44,487 nucleotides of DNA from positions 1-44,487 of the IMG/VR virus record IMGVR_UViG_3300029784_000011, one strand, 5' to 3'. A program made the position numbers and the translations under genes. Source of the stretch: a virus. Below, piece by piece: positions 7,635-14,103 of the stretch. The stretch's first letter is position 1. The number at the start of each line of letters is the position of its first letter. The notes under the pieces are model-generated. The model made no database searches. It had not been told where the DNA came from and was given only the letters and a program-made list of their open reading frames with translations.

Positions 7635-7894
7635 TGCTTTATAAGCTGAGCCTCGAAAAGGTGCGAAAGAAAACAATAACCGACGCAATGTACAGGATAG
7701 ATGATGACGTTGGGAAAGATTGCCTGACCATTGTCTGCCGTGGCAAGGAAGTTGCGCTATGCAGAGGGAAAGAGAGTGTCCGACTCCCTTTGCAGGAATT
7801 GATTACACTACTTGATATGCTGGATAAACATTATGACTGCGTAAAGGACGCAATCGAGCTGTATCAAGAGACGAACAGGGACACAATGAATTAG
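7634..7894 (+). CDS. Hypothetical protein (86 aa), paralogue of the N-terminal half of the preceding gene
   Basis: TAATG stop/start overlap at 7632-7636. YRIDDD...GKEVA...LPLQELITLL aligns with YRYDDD...GEEVA...LPKSEALAITGLL. Confidence 0.55.
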   Translation: MLYKLSLEKVRKKTITDAMYRIDDDVGKDCLTIVCRGKEVALCRGKESVRLPLQELITLLDMLDKHYDCVKDAIELYQETNRDTMN

Positions 7895-7985
7895 CCGTTA
7901 TTACTTTAGATAAAACAAACAAAAAATCGACGTTAGAACAGTGAGAAGAAAAGTCCCGCCGTAAAAGGCGGGCAAGGAGGACAAA

Positions 7986-8603
7986 ATGGAAACAATGAGA
8001 GTAAGACTGACATTCGTAGACGAGGTACTGGGAACAGCTTCCGGAGACCCGAAGATTCACGAAACCTATATCGCTTCCAATGCACCGGACGCAATGTCCC
8101 GAAAGGAAGAGGTTGAAATGCTGGGTGTAGATGAAGTCGTGGAGAAGGGAAAAACCGTATTCCCGAAGCTTGAAGACGGAACGCCGATCGCATGGAACTA
8201 TCAGGTTAAGGGCTTCTTCAAGAGTGCGTGCTCGGCACTTAGAACGCTTAAGGGAACACACAGCTCGAAGCTGAAAGCATATAAGAAGCAGATTGACTTG
8301 AGAATTTTCGTTTTCGCCGACGTGAAAAATAAACAGAATAGAGCAATCCCGTTCACGGATTACGGATTTATCGGAGACTGTCAGAGACCACTTAGAGCTA
8401 GTACCGCACAGGGTGAAAGAGTAGCGCTTTCTGATTCCGAATCATTACAGCCGGGAGCGAAGCTCGAATTTGATATTCTGATGCTTCAGGACGGCGATAG
8501 AGCACTTGTAGAAGAGTGGCTTGATTATGGAATCCTGAACGGTTTCGGTCAGTGGCGGAATTCAGGAAAAGGCGCTTTCACTTGGGAAGAGGTCGTGCAG
8601 TAG
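7986..8603 (+). CDS. Hypothetical 205-aa protein; possible RAMP/Cas6-like fold (unverified)
   Basis: Strong RBS AAGGAGG (7974-7980). The N-terminus MRVRLTFVDEVLG is beta-strand-like. The C-terminus GFGQWRNSGKGAFTW fits the G-h-G-x5-G-x-G glycine-rich loop of RAMP proteins. No other family recognised by eye. Confidence 0.55.
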   Translation: METMRVRLTFVDEVLGTASGDPKIHETYIASNAPDAMSRKEEVEMLGVDEVVEKGKTVFPKLEDGTPIAWNYQVKGFFKSACSALRTLKGTHSSKLKAYKKQIDLRIFVFADVKNKQNRAIPFTDYGFIGDCQRPLRASTAQGERVALSDSESLQPGAKLEFDILMLQDGDRALVEEWLDYGILNGFGQWRNSGKGAFTWEEVVQ

Positions 8604-9168
8604 CACGGCTTCAACCGCAACGGACCAGTTGTGATAGGAACGGCAAAGGCAAAGAAGAGTCAAGATGAGTCAAGATGCGCAAGGGCGAAGAGAGGTTAAG
8701 AACTGCCACGGAAGGTAAATCATAGCGATAGCGAAGAAATGGTTAGCAATGGAACAGTGACGAGAGGACAAGTTAAGAAAAGCAATGGAAAAGTGACGCC
8801 CCGACTTGTAAGGCAAGGGAATAGAAAAGCGTGGTTCCGCCTTGGAACGGAGTAGAAAGGTAAAGCGATGGACTAGAAGAGAATATCAATGCGCGGGAAA
8901 GGACAGGAATATAGCTGCGTTGGCGTTGCGTGGGGTTGCTCAGCGAAGGAATTGAAGAGCTATGAGGAGCTACGCGAAGCAAGGGCATAGAATGGCAAAG
9001 AATAGTTACGGCTATGAATGGACAGGAATGGCTGTGGAAAAGTTATGAAGGGAAATCATTCGCAACGGAGATACCCTTAAAACTGCTTTAAATGCCCGTA
9101 GAACGGCTCAAAAGTGTAGAGCCGATAAATTATACCTTAACGCAAAAAACGAATAAGAGGAGGTCAAA
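8604..9168 (+). other. ORF-free purine-skewed spacer B (same word vocabulary as spacer A)
   Basis: 565 nt without a credible ORF. Contains RGCGAAGR (8684, 8730, 8942), GAATRG (8819, 8990, 9000, 9016, 9026) and AAAAGTGTAG (9110). Tandem GAGTCAAGAT x2 at 8657-8676. Confidence 0.6.
8730..8870 (+). repeat. Degenerate tandem repeat with about a 36-nt period
   Basis: AGCAATGGAACAGTGACG (8745) and AGCAATGGAAAAGTGACG (8781) are 17/18 identical and exactly 36 nt apart. Weaker copies start at 8817 and about 8853, with an upstream copy near 8709. Confidence 0.6.
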
Positions 9169-9483
9169 ATGAAAGAAAAAGAGAAAATGGAGAAGAGGGA
9201 AGAGTGCTTGCGGACGGCATGTGAGATTGTGAACGGAGCACGGCAAGATTGCTACGGCGATGCAGAGGACAACTTTCAGGCGATCGCTACGTTGTGGGAA
9301 ACATACCTTAAGGCGACTGGGTGTGATGTCTTGATTGATTCAAAGGACGTGGCAATGATGATGATTCTGCTGAAGGTGGCAAGAGCTGCGTCTCACGAAA
9401 TCCATCTTGACAATTACATCGATATTTCAGGATATGCGGCGTGTGCATATGGAATCGACGGAATGTGCAGAAGTGACGACTAG
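9169..9483 (+). CDS. DUF6378-like phage protein
   Basis: ...YGDAEDNFQAIATLW...DVAMMMILLKVARAA...DISGYAACA matches my memory of the conserved DUF6378 pattern. AGAGGAGG RBS. Confidence 0.6.
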   Translation: MKEKEKMEKREECLRTACEIVNGARQDCYGDAEDNFQAIATLWETYLKATGCDVLIDSKDVAMMMILLKVARAASHEIHLDNYIDISGYAACAYGIDGMCRSDD

Positions 9484-9492
9484 GAGGATTAC

Positions 9493-9708
9493 ATGGACGC
9501 AACAGAAATGACATTAGCAAGGCTGATTAAGACCATGCGGACGGCGGAGGGATTAACGCAATCAGAGCTTGCAGAGGCGGTGTATTCGGACGTGAAGTCG
9601 ATTCGAAGATGGGAACACGGCGAGAACATCACATGGTACAAGTTCCTCGAAATAGCACATACACTGGGCTACATGGTGGATGTTGAAGTGAAGGGAGGTG
9701 CAGAGTAA
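9493..9708 (+). CDS. XRE-family HTH protein (71 aa)
   Basis: LIKTMRTAEGLTQSELAEAVYSDVKSIRRWEHGEN is a classic XRE HTH. AGGAGG RBS. Confidence 0.75.
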   Translation: MDATEMTLARLIKTMRTAEGLTQSELAEAVYSDVKSIRRWEHGENITWYKFLEIAHTLGYMVDVEVKGGAE

Positions 9709-9863
9709 TGTTCATGGATTACGGTTTGATGTGGGGTGAACTGAGAGCGCAAATGGAAGAATTGCAGGAGAAGAAGGATTCTATCGACATTGAGGTTCTG
9801 CTTGCGGTCATGAACCAAATCGAATACTTAGAAGAAACTTGTGATTTGGAGGCGAGGGAGTGA
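9708..9863 (+). CDS. Small hypothetical protein (51 aa), not in the ORF track
   Basis: TAATG overlap with the upstream gene. Reads MFMDYGLMWGELRAQMEELQEKK...LEARE and ends at TGA 9861-9863, overlapping the GTG start of the next gene. Confidence 0.4.
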   Translation: MFMDYGLMWGELRAQMEELQEKKDSIDIEVLLAVMNQIEYLEETCDLEARE

Positions 9864-10189
9864 GCAAGTATAACAGCAAGAAAACAGTAGTGGACGGTCA
9901 GACATTCGATTCGAAGAAGGAAGCAAACCGCTATCAGGAGCTTAGACTGCTGGAAAAGGCGGGTGCGATTAAGAACTTGAGCAGACAAGTTAAGTTTGTG
10001 CTTATCCCGTCCCAACGTGACGAGAGCGGGAAGTTGATTGAGCGTGAATGTTCCTACAAGGCGGATTTCAAGTACGAAGAGGGGTTTAAGACCGTTGTAG
10101 AGGATGTAAAAGGCTACCGAACGAAGGAATACATTGTCAAGCGGAAGCTGATGTTATATCAGTACGGAATTAGGATCAGGGAGGTATAA
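9860..10189 (+). CDS. DUF1064-type nuclease (Holliday-junction resolvase-like)
   Basis: SKYNSKKTVVDGQTFDSKKEANRYQELRLLEKAGAIKNLSRQVKF is the characteristic DUF1064 N-terminus. GTG start. Confidence 0.75.
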   Translation: MSKYNSKKTVVDGQTFDSKKEANRYQELRLLEKAGAIKNLSRQVKFVLIPSQRDESGKLIERECSYKADFKYEEGFKTVVEDVKGYRTKEYIVKRKLMLYQYGIRIREV

Positions 10190-10195
10190 GTAAGA

Positions 10196-10666
10196 ATGAA
10201 CAAAGCTTTGTTTTCGACAGGGAAAGACCTGTGGGAGACACCCCAGAAATTCTTTGACGAATTAAACAATGAGTTTCATTTCACTTTAGACGCTTGTGCA
10301 ACCGCCGAAAACGCAAAGTGTGAGAAATACTTCACTGAGAAGGATAACGCACTAATACAGGATTGGGGGGGGGACATTGTTTTCTGCAATCCTCCATATT
10401 CACGGCAAGGTGGGCAAGATATGTTTGTTAGGAAGGCATATGAAGAAAGCAAAAAGCCGAACACAACTGTGGTGATGTTACTCCCAGCTCGAACAGATAC
10501 TAAACGGTTTCATAAGTACATATGGCTACCGGAAAACGAGATTCGTTTCATCGAAGGACGATTGAGTTTCGAAATCAACGGTAAACCGATGGTCGATAAA
10601 AACGGAAGACCCGAATCAGCACCTTTCCCGTCAATGATTGTGATTTTCAGATCAGTGGAGGACTAA
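10196..10666 (+). CDS. Phage Dam-type DNA N6-adenine methyltransferase
   Basis: DLWETPQKFFDELNNEFHFTLDACA ... FCNPPYS (catalytic (D/N)PPY motif). Confidence 0.85.
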   Translation: MNKALFSTGKDLWETPQKFFDELNNEFHFTLDACATAENAKCEKYFTEKDNALIQDWGGDIVFCNPPYSRQGGQDMFVRKAYEESKKPNTTVVMLLPARTDTKRFHKYIWLPENEIRFIEGRLSFEINGKPMVDKNGRPESAPFPSMIVIFRSVED

Positions 10667-10670
10667 TAAT

Positions 10671-11006
10671 ATGGAAATGAAATGGCATCCGATTGTTAAT
10701 GGAGATTTGAACGGAATACCACGGAATGAAGAGTTCTTGTTTACGGTATTTGACGAGAAGGACGGTGAAACATATGTCACTCCTGCTTGGATTATAGGGT
10801 ACGACGAAGGAGAAGTTGAGGTGCGAGAAAATGTGGCGGGGGGCTTGCGCGTTCATGAAGCGAAAAATGTGAAGGCGTGGATGGACTACCCCGATCCGTA
10901 CAATCAAAAGAGGCATGTAAAGTGCGTTCTGACAGATGAGGAACGCGGCGAAGTGATAAAAGCGATGATGAAAGCAATCCTGATTATTGACGAAGTGGAG
11001 TTTTAA
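10671..11006 (+). CDS. Hypothetical protein (111 aa)
   Basis: ORF directly after the methylase. No motif recognised with confidence. Confidence 0.6.
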   Translation: MEMKWHPIVNGDLNGIPRNEEFLFTVFDEKDGETYVTPAWIIGYDEGEVEVRENVAGGLRVHEAKNVKAWMDYPDPYNQKRHVKCVLTDEERGEVIKAMMKAILIIDEVEF

Positions 11007-11043
11007 TTGATGTATTAAGTCGTTTTAATTGATGTATTAAGTC
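11001..11043. repeat. Exact 21-bp tandem direct repeat
   Basis: TTTTAATTGATGTATTAAGTC at 11001-11021 and 11023-11043 (22-bp period). The first copy overlaps the stop codon of the preceding gene. Confidence 0.9.
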
Positions 11044-11136
11044 AAGAAAAGTCAAGGAATTAGTCAAGGAAATTCGTTCAAACCTTGAAATATAAGCGTT
11101 TGGAGCTTGTTTAGAAGTTATAAGTTAGTCAAGGAA
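11041..11136. promoter_or_regulatory. Cluster of GTCAAG(GAA) boxes in an intergenic region
   Basis: GTCAAG at 11041, and GTCAAGGAA at 11051, 11063 and 11128. The same AGTCAAG core occurs twice in spacer B (8658, 8668) and once inverted in spacer A (6134-6140). Confidence 0.5.
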
Positions 11137-11168
11137 TAAGTGTTAAATGAGTGTTAGGAGGCGACAAG

Positions 11169-11324
11169 TTGAAATACAAAATGATGTGGGAAGCGCTTAA
11201 AGATACAGCGGAAGTCATGATTGCGGACGGAATAGTTGGCGAGGTGAGCTGGCGAACACTGTTAGATCTCATGCAACAAGGCGAGAAAATGCAAAGCGTG
11301 GATGGAGCTTCCAAAACCGTATGA
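11169..11324 (+). CDS. Small hypothetical protein (51 aa, TTG start), not in the ORF track
   Basis: AGGAGG (11155-11160) lies 8 nt before TTG 11169. Reads LKYKMMWEALKDTAEVMIADG... up to TGA 11322-11324. Confidence 0.4.
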   Translation: MKYKMMWEALKDTAEVMIADGIVGEVSWRTLLDLMQQGEKMQSVDGASKTV

Positions 11325-11406
11325 AGACTAGCATAAACTGCTTGTATAAGGAGGAAAAAGTGGTTGTTGCAAAAATTGCAAACACCACTGACAAGGAGAA
11401 ACAAAA

Positions 11407-11625
11407 ATGAAGACGGAAAAGGTTGATGGAGAACAGTATTGTGTGTACTGCAATTACTGGAAACGAGTAGATGGGCGAATGCGCTGCACAAATTCACTTG
11501 CAAAAGCATGTTGGTTTGCTAATCAGGTAAATGGGTGTGACTATTTTGATGGAGAGCTTCAGTTAAAACATGACTGGAGCAAGGCTTGGAGAGTTGGATA
11601 TCGACCAAGTACATTCAGCAAATGA
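11407..11625 (+). CDS. Cys-rich hypothetical protein (72 aa)
   Basis: AAGGAG RBS. CVYCN...RCTN...C...C pattern. Confidence 0.6.
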   Translation: MKTEKVDGEQYCVYCNYWKRVDGRMRCTNSLAKACWFANQVNGCDYFDGELQLKHDWSKAWRVGYRPSTFSK

Positions 11626-11649
11626 GGAATTGGAGGAGGTTATTAAACA

Positions 11650-12075
11650 ATGAAGAACAGGGAAAAACACAGAGAAGAAATCATTAAAGCAATCAAGAGC
11701 CGTGAAACGTGCGAATTCATGAATGATACAGTGATTCCGGAATTTATCGGCAGTAAAACGGATTCAAAGTGTATATGTGAGCTGGGTGATTGTCGTGCTT
11801 GCTTGATTCGGTTCACACTTTGGCTTGACGAAGAATACATTGAACCACCGAAGCCGGAAGTCGACTGGAGCAATGTTCCGGTTGATACACTGGTGAGGGT
11901 TCGCGACCGTGAGGACCAAGAGTGGACCTTAAGGTACTTCAAAGGAATTGACGGCGGAAACGCGATGTGCAGATATTCTGCATGGGCGTCGGGAGCGACA
12001 AGCAAAACAGCAAACAACGGCTATATGTGCTGGAAGTACTGCGAATTAGTGGGGGATGATGACAATGACAAATAG
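11650..12075 (+). CDS. Hypothetical protein (141 aa)
   Basis: GGAGGAGG RBS. No motif recognised. Confidence 0.65.
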   Translation: MKNREKHREEIIKAIKSRETCEFMNDTVIPEFIGSKTDSKCICELGDCRACLIRFTLWLDEEYIEPPKPEVDWSNVPVDTLVRVRDREDQEWTLRYFKGIDGGNAMCRYSAWASGATSKTANNGYMCWKYCELVGDDDNDK

Positions 12076-12295
12076 AGACAGATTGATTGAAGCGTTGCGG
12101 GGCACTGCCCCCGACGCCGTATATAGACATGTCTTGTTGGAACAAATAAATTGCCCATATCTGCATGAGAACAAAGGGTTATGCCGGGATGGAAGAGGGG
12201 ATGAGTGGGTTCTTGACGAAACGTGCATTGCGTGCGTAGAAGATTGGTTGTCACAGGAATTAGAGTTTGAAATGGAGGGACTAACAAATGATTAA
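12056..12295 (+). CDS. Hypothetical protein (79 aa)
   Basis: Overlaps both neighbours by a few codons, as is typical of the operon. Cys-containing. Confidence 0.55.
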   Translation: MMTMTNRDRLIEALRGTAPDAVYRHVLLEQINCPYLHENKGLCRDGRGDEWVLDETCIACVEDWLSQELEFEMEGLTND

Positions 12296-12875
12296 TAACC
12301 CAACGGAGAGAAAAGTTGCAATGATCTCGCAGCCGATGAACGGCTTGACCGATGAAGAAATTGAAAAAACCCGAAATAAAGCAATAAGACACCTCGAAAG
12401 ATTGGGCTACAAAGTTGTAAATACACTGTTCACCGACGATTGGTACAGCGAATCATCTATGAAGGACAGAGGGGTTGTGAACATCCCCCTTTGCTACCTC
12501 GCCAAATCACTTGAGAATATGAGCCTGTGCGATGTTGCCTATTTCTGCGACGGATGGGAAGATGCTAGGGGATGCAGAATTGAGCACGAAACAGCGGAAG
12601 CCTACGGGCTCGACATTATCTATGAAGAAGATGAAGAGGAGCCCGAAGCTCCAATAACAGACGAACAGAAAATATTCCTGGAAGGAATGAACCACACAGA
12701 AATAGTGCTGGATGCGTATTTCGATATGATTCTCGATGCGTGGAGTGAGTGTTCCGATGAATATCAGAGAAGCGCCAAAATTATAAAAAATGGTGTTATT
12801 AAGTGGCTCACAGCCGCAAAGTTTGAGAGATATACAGATTTCGTGAAAGAGAATGAATCGAAGGTAAATGAATAA
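12288..12875 (+). CDS. DUF4406 / nucleoside 2-deoxyribosyltransferase-like protein with an acidic C-terminal extension
   Basis: ISQPMNGLTDEE...LCDVAYFCDGWEDARGCRIEHETAEAYGL fits the DUF4406 pattern (PM.G ... GWE.S.G...E). GGAGGG RBS. Confidence 0.5.
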   Translation: MINNPTERKVAMISQPMNGLTDEEIEKTRNKAIRHLERLGYKVVNTLFTDDWYSESSMKDRGVVNIPLCYLAKSLENMSLCDVAYFCDGWEDARGCRIEHETAEAYGLDIIYEEDEEEPEAPITDEQKIFLEGMNHTEIVLDAYFDMILDAWSECSDEYQRSAKIIKNGVIKWLTAAKFERYTDFVKENESKVNE

Positions 12876-13068
12876 GTTCGAAAAAATGTGGAAAATTCTA
12901 AAAAAGGAATGTGTGAAGAACAAGGGAAAAGGCGCAAAGTGGTTATTCTTTCTGTATCTGATGAACAGAATCGAAAGGGAGATAAATGTTCACGAAGAAT
13001 CAAAAACAGCTGCTGAATTCAATCTTGAGGAAGCACGGCTTCCGAAATCAGATGGTGAAGACGTGTGA
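12868..13068 (+). CDS. Hypothetical small protein (66 aa); overlaps the next gene by 83 nt
   Basis: ATGA-type overlap with the upstream gene. The 3' part overlaps the MazG-like ORF, so its extent and reality are uncertain. Confidence 0.35.
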   Translation: MNKFEKMWKILKKECVKNKGKGAKWLFFLYLMNRIEREINVHEESKTAAEFNLEEARLPKSDGEDV

Positions 13069-13273
13069 AGAACTCTCGGAACTCGAAGCAGCTCTTTTAA
13101 AGTGCTACAACAAGGGACCAGGAGAGGGAAGGATTGAGGCGGTTCAGGAAGAGATAGCCGATGTTTACATCATGCTAGAGCAAATCCGGAAGCAATTCAT
13201 GAGCAAGGATGAACTCGACGACTGGATCAACTACAAAATCACGCGTGAAGCGGAAAGGGAAAGTCTTGCCTAA
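12986..13273 (+). CDS. MazG-like nucleotide pyrophosphohydrolase
   Basis: CEELSELEAAL and QEEIADVYIMLEQI are the paired EExxE/EExxD helices of the MazG family. AGGGAG RBS. Confidence 0.7.
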   Translation: MFTKNQKQLLNSILRKHGFRNQMVKTCEELSELEAALLKCYNKGPGEGRIEAVQEEIADVYIMLEQIRKQFMSKDELDDWINYKITREAERESLA

Positions 13274-13604
13274 TAATGGTCACTACACCTTGTGCCCTTA
13301 CTATCGGCACGAAAAAGACAAGGTTCTATATTGTGAGGACACGTCAAGGCGGTTTATCTGCAAGGAAGACAAGGAAAACCATATGGTCAAGTATTGTGAT
13401 AGTGCATGGGAGCGTTGCCCATACGCTATCACAATTTCCCATGTGTGGGAACAGATAAACAGTGACATAACAAGGCAAAAGGAAATATATTTAGGACATC
13501 AGGTTAAGGCAATGAAGGGGGAGCTTAAGAAGCTCAACGGGCGGTTGAATAAACTCGAAAAGAACTCGGAAAAACTCGGAAAAACTCGAAACACGGAAAA
13601 ATAA
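13266..13604 (+). CDS. Cys-rich protein with C-terminal coiled coil (start uncertain: TTG 13266 or track start 13209)
   Basis: LCPYYRHEKDKVLYCED...YCDSAWERCPY, then KGELKKLNGRLNKLEKNSEKL. Last gene of the rightward early operon. Confidence 0.55.
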   Translation: MPNNGHYTLCPYYRHEKDKVLYCEDTSRRFICKEDKENHMVKYCDSAWERCPYAITISHVWEQINSDITRQKEIYLGHQVKAMKGELKKLNGRLNKLEKNSEKLGKTRNTEK

Positions 13605-13630
13605 AATGGTTCTCCCTTCAATGGGAACCA

Positions 13631-13676
13631 AAAAGGACAAAAACGAAAACTCCCAAAGCTGTTTTTGCTTCGGGAG
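13631..13676 (-). terminator. Rho-independent terminator, minus strand
   Basis: Stem 13650-13659 / 13667-13676 (10 bp, 1 mismatch). On the minus strand it is followed by TTTTCGTTTTTGTCCTTTT. Confidence 0.6.
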
Positions 13677-13720
13677 CTTCCGCAATCGTACTTCTAAAGA
13701 ACAACAGGAGTATTACAAAA

Positions 13721-13825
13721 ATGAAAAGAATGAAAATGATTAACAAATCACAGTATTATTATACCATAAAAGGCTTCTCTTGTCTTGGAAAGTGTGTTAT
13801 AATGTCACCGTTACCGAACTTTTAG
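13721..13825 (+). CDS. Possible 34-aa small ORF (MKRMKMINKSQYYYTIKGFSCLGKCVIMSPLPNF)
   Basis: AGGAG lies 10 nt upstream of ATG 13721. However, it spans two predicted promoters and has no recognisable features. Confidence 0.2.
   Translation: MKRMKMINKSQYYYTIKGFSCLGKCVIMSPLPNF
13758..13786 (-). promoter_or_regulatory. Sigma-70-type promoter, minus strand
   Basis: Minus-strand AAGACA (13781-13786), 17-nt spacer, TATAAT (13758-13763). It would drive a transcript of about 120 nt ending at terminator 13631-13676. Confidence 0.45.
13795..13803 (+). promoter_or_regulatory. Extended -10 promoter, plus strand
   Basis: TGtTATAAT (13795-13803). No good -35. Back-to-back with the minus-strand promoter. 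Confidence 0.45.
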
Positions 13826-13855
13826 TTTGATAATATTTTGGTTTGTTTTGGGTCT
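13821..13855. repeat. Left copy of an imperfect direct repeat matching the ardA leader
   Basis: Blocks TTTAGTT, TAATATT, GGTTTGTT and TTGGGTCT occur in the same order as at 15301-15337 (30 identical nt, two small indels). Confidence 0.7.
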
Positions 13856-13883
13856 GCTGGAAACGGTGGACCCGCTTTTTTTT
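13850..13883 (+). terminator. Rho-independent terminator, plus strand
   Basis: GGGTC (13850-13854) ... GACCC (13869-13873), followed by T8 (13876-13883). Confidence 0.65.
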
Positions 13884-13885
13884 AT

Positions 13886-13916
13886 GCATAAAATAACCCT
13901 CCCGCAATGGGGAGGG
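13886..13916 (-). terminator. Rho-independent terminator of the ardA cassette, minus strand
   Basis: CCCTCCC (13897-13903) / GGGAGGG (13910-13916). On the minus strand it is followed by TTATTTT. Lies 10 nt past the stop of the RHH gene. Confidence 0.7.
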
Positions 13917-13925
13917 CGTTGTCTG

Positions 13926-14087
13926 TTATTCCTTTTCCTCCCGTTCCCTTCTCTTCATGTCGTTGTTTATAAGCCATTCAATATAGTTTGAAAGGCTTCT
14001 ACCTTCCTCATCGGCTAGAGCTTTCGCCCTAGCCTTGAATGCCGGTGTAACCTTCATGGTGATATATTCGGATTTCTTCTCTTTCAT
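13926..14087 (-). CDS. Ribbon-helix-helix (CopG/Arc-like) protein, 53 aa, not in the ORF track
   Basis: MKEKKSEYITMKVTPAFKARAKALADEEGRSLSNYIEWLINND... has the typical RHH beta-strand plus two helices. AAGGGAGA RBS. Last gene of the cassette. Confidence 0.65.
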   Translation of the reverse strand: MKEKKSEYITMKVTPAFKARAKALADEEGRSLSNYIEWLINNDMKRREREEKE

Positions 14088-14103
14088 TTGGTTCTCCCTT
14101 CAA

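Larger units (their letters stand above)
13809..13883 (+). ncRNA. Candidate small RNA of about 75 nt (promoter-to-terminator unit without an ORF)
   Basis: Bounded by the extended -10 at 13795-13803 and terminator 13850-13883. Contains blocks identical to the + strand of 15301-15337, which makes them complementary to the ardA mRNA leader. Confidence 0.35.

Noticed and set aside
5927-9168. CRISPR array, mini-array or solitary repeat units in the two purine-rich spacers next to the RAMP-like ORF
   Set aside because: The repeats are short (6-18 nt), degenerate and irregularly spaced. No direct repeats of 24-40 nt with unique spacers of uniform length are present, and no other cas-like genes exist in the window.
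13721-13825. 34-codon ORF as a type I toxin or an arbitrium/Phr-like signalling pre-peptide
   Set aside because: The peptide has no hydrophobic TM helix expected for a type I toxin. It has no signal sequence expected for secreted pro-peptides, and no receptor (AimR/Rap-like TPR) gene is present.
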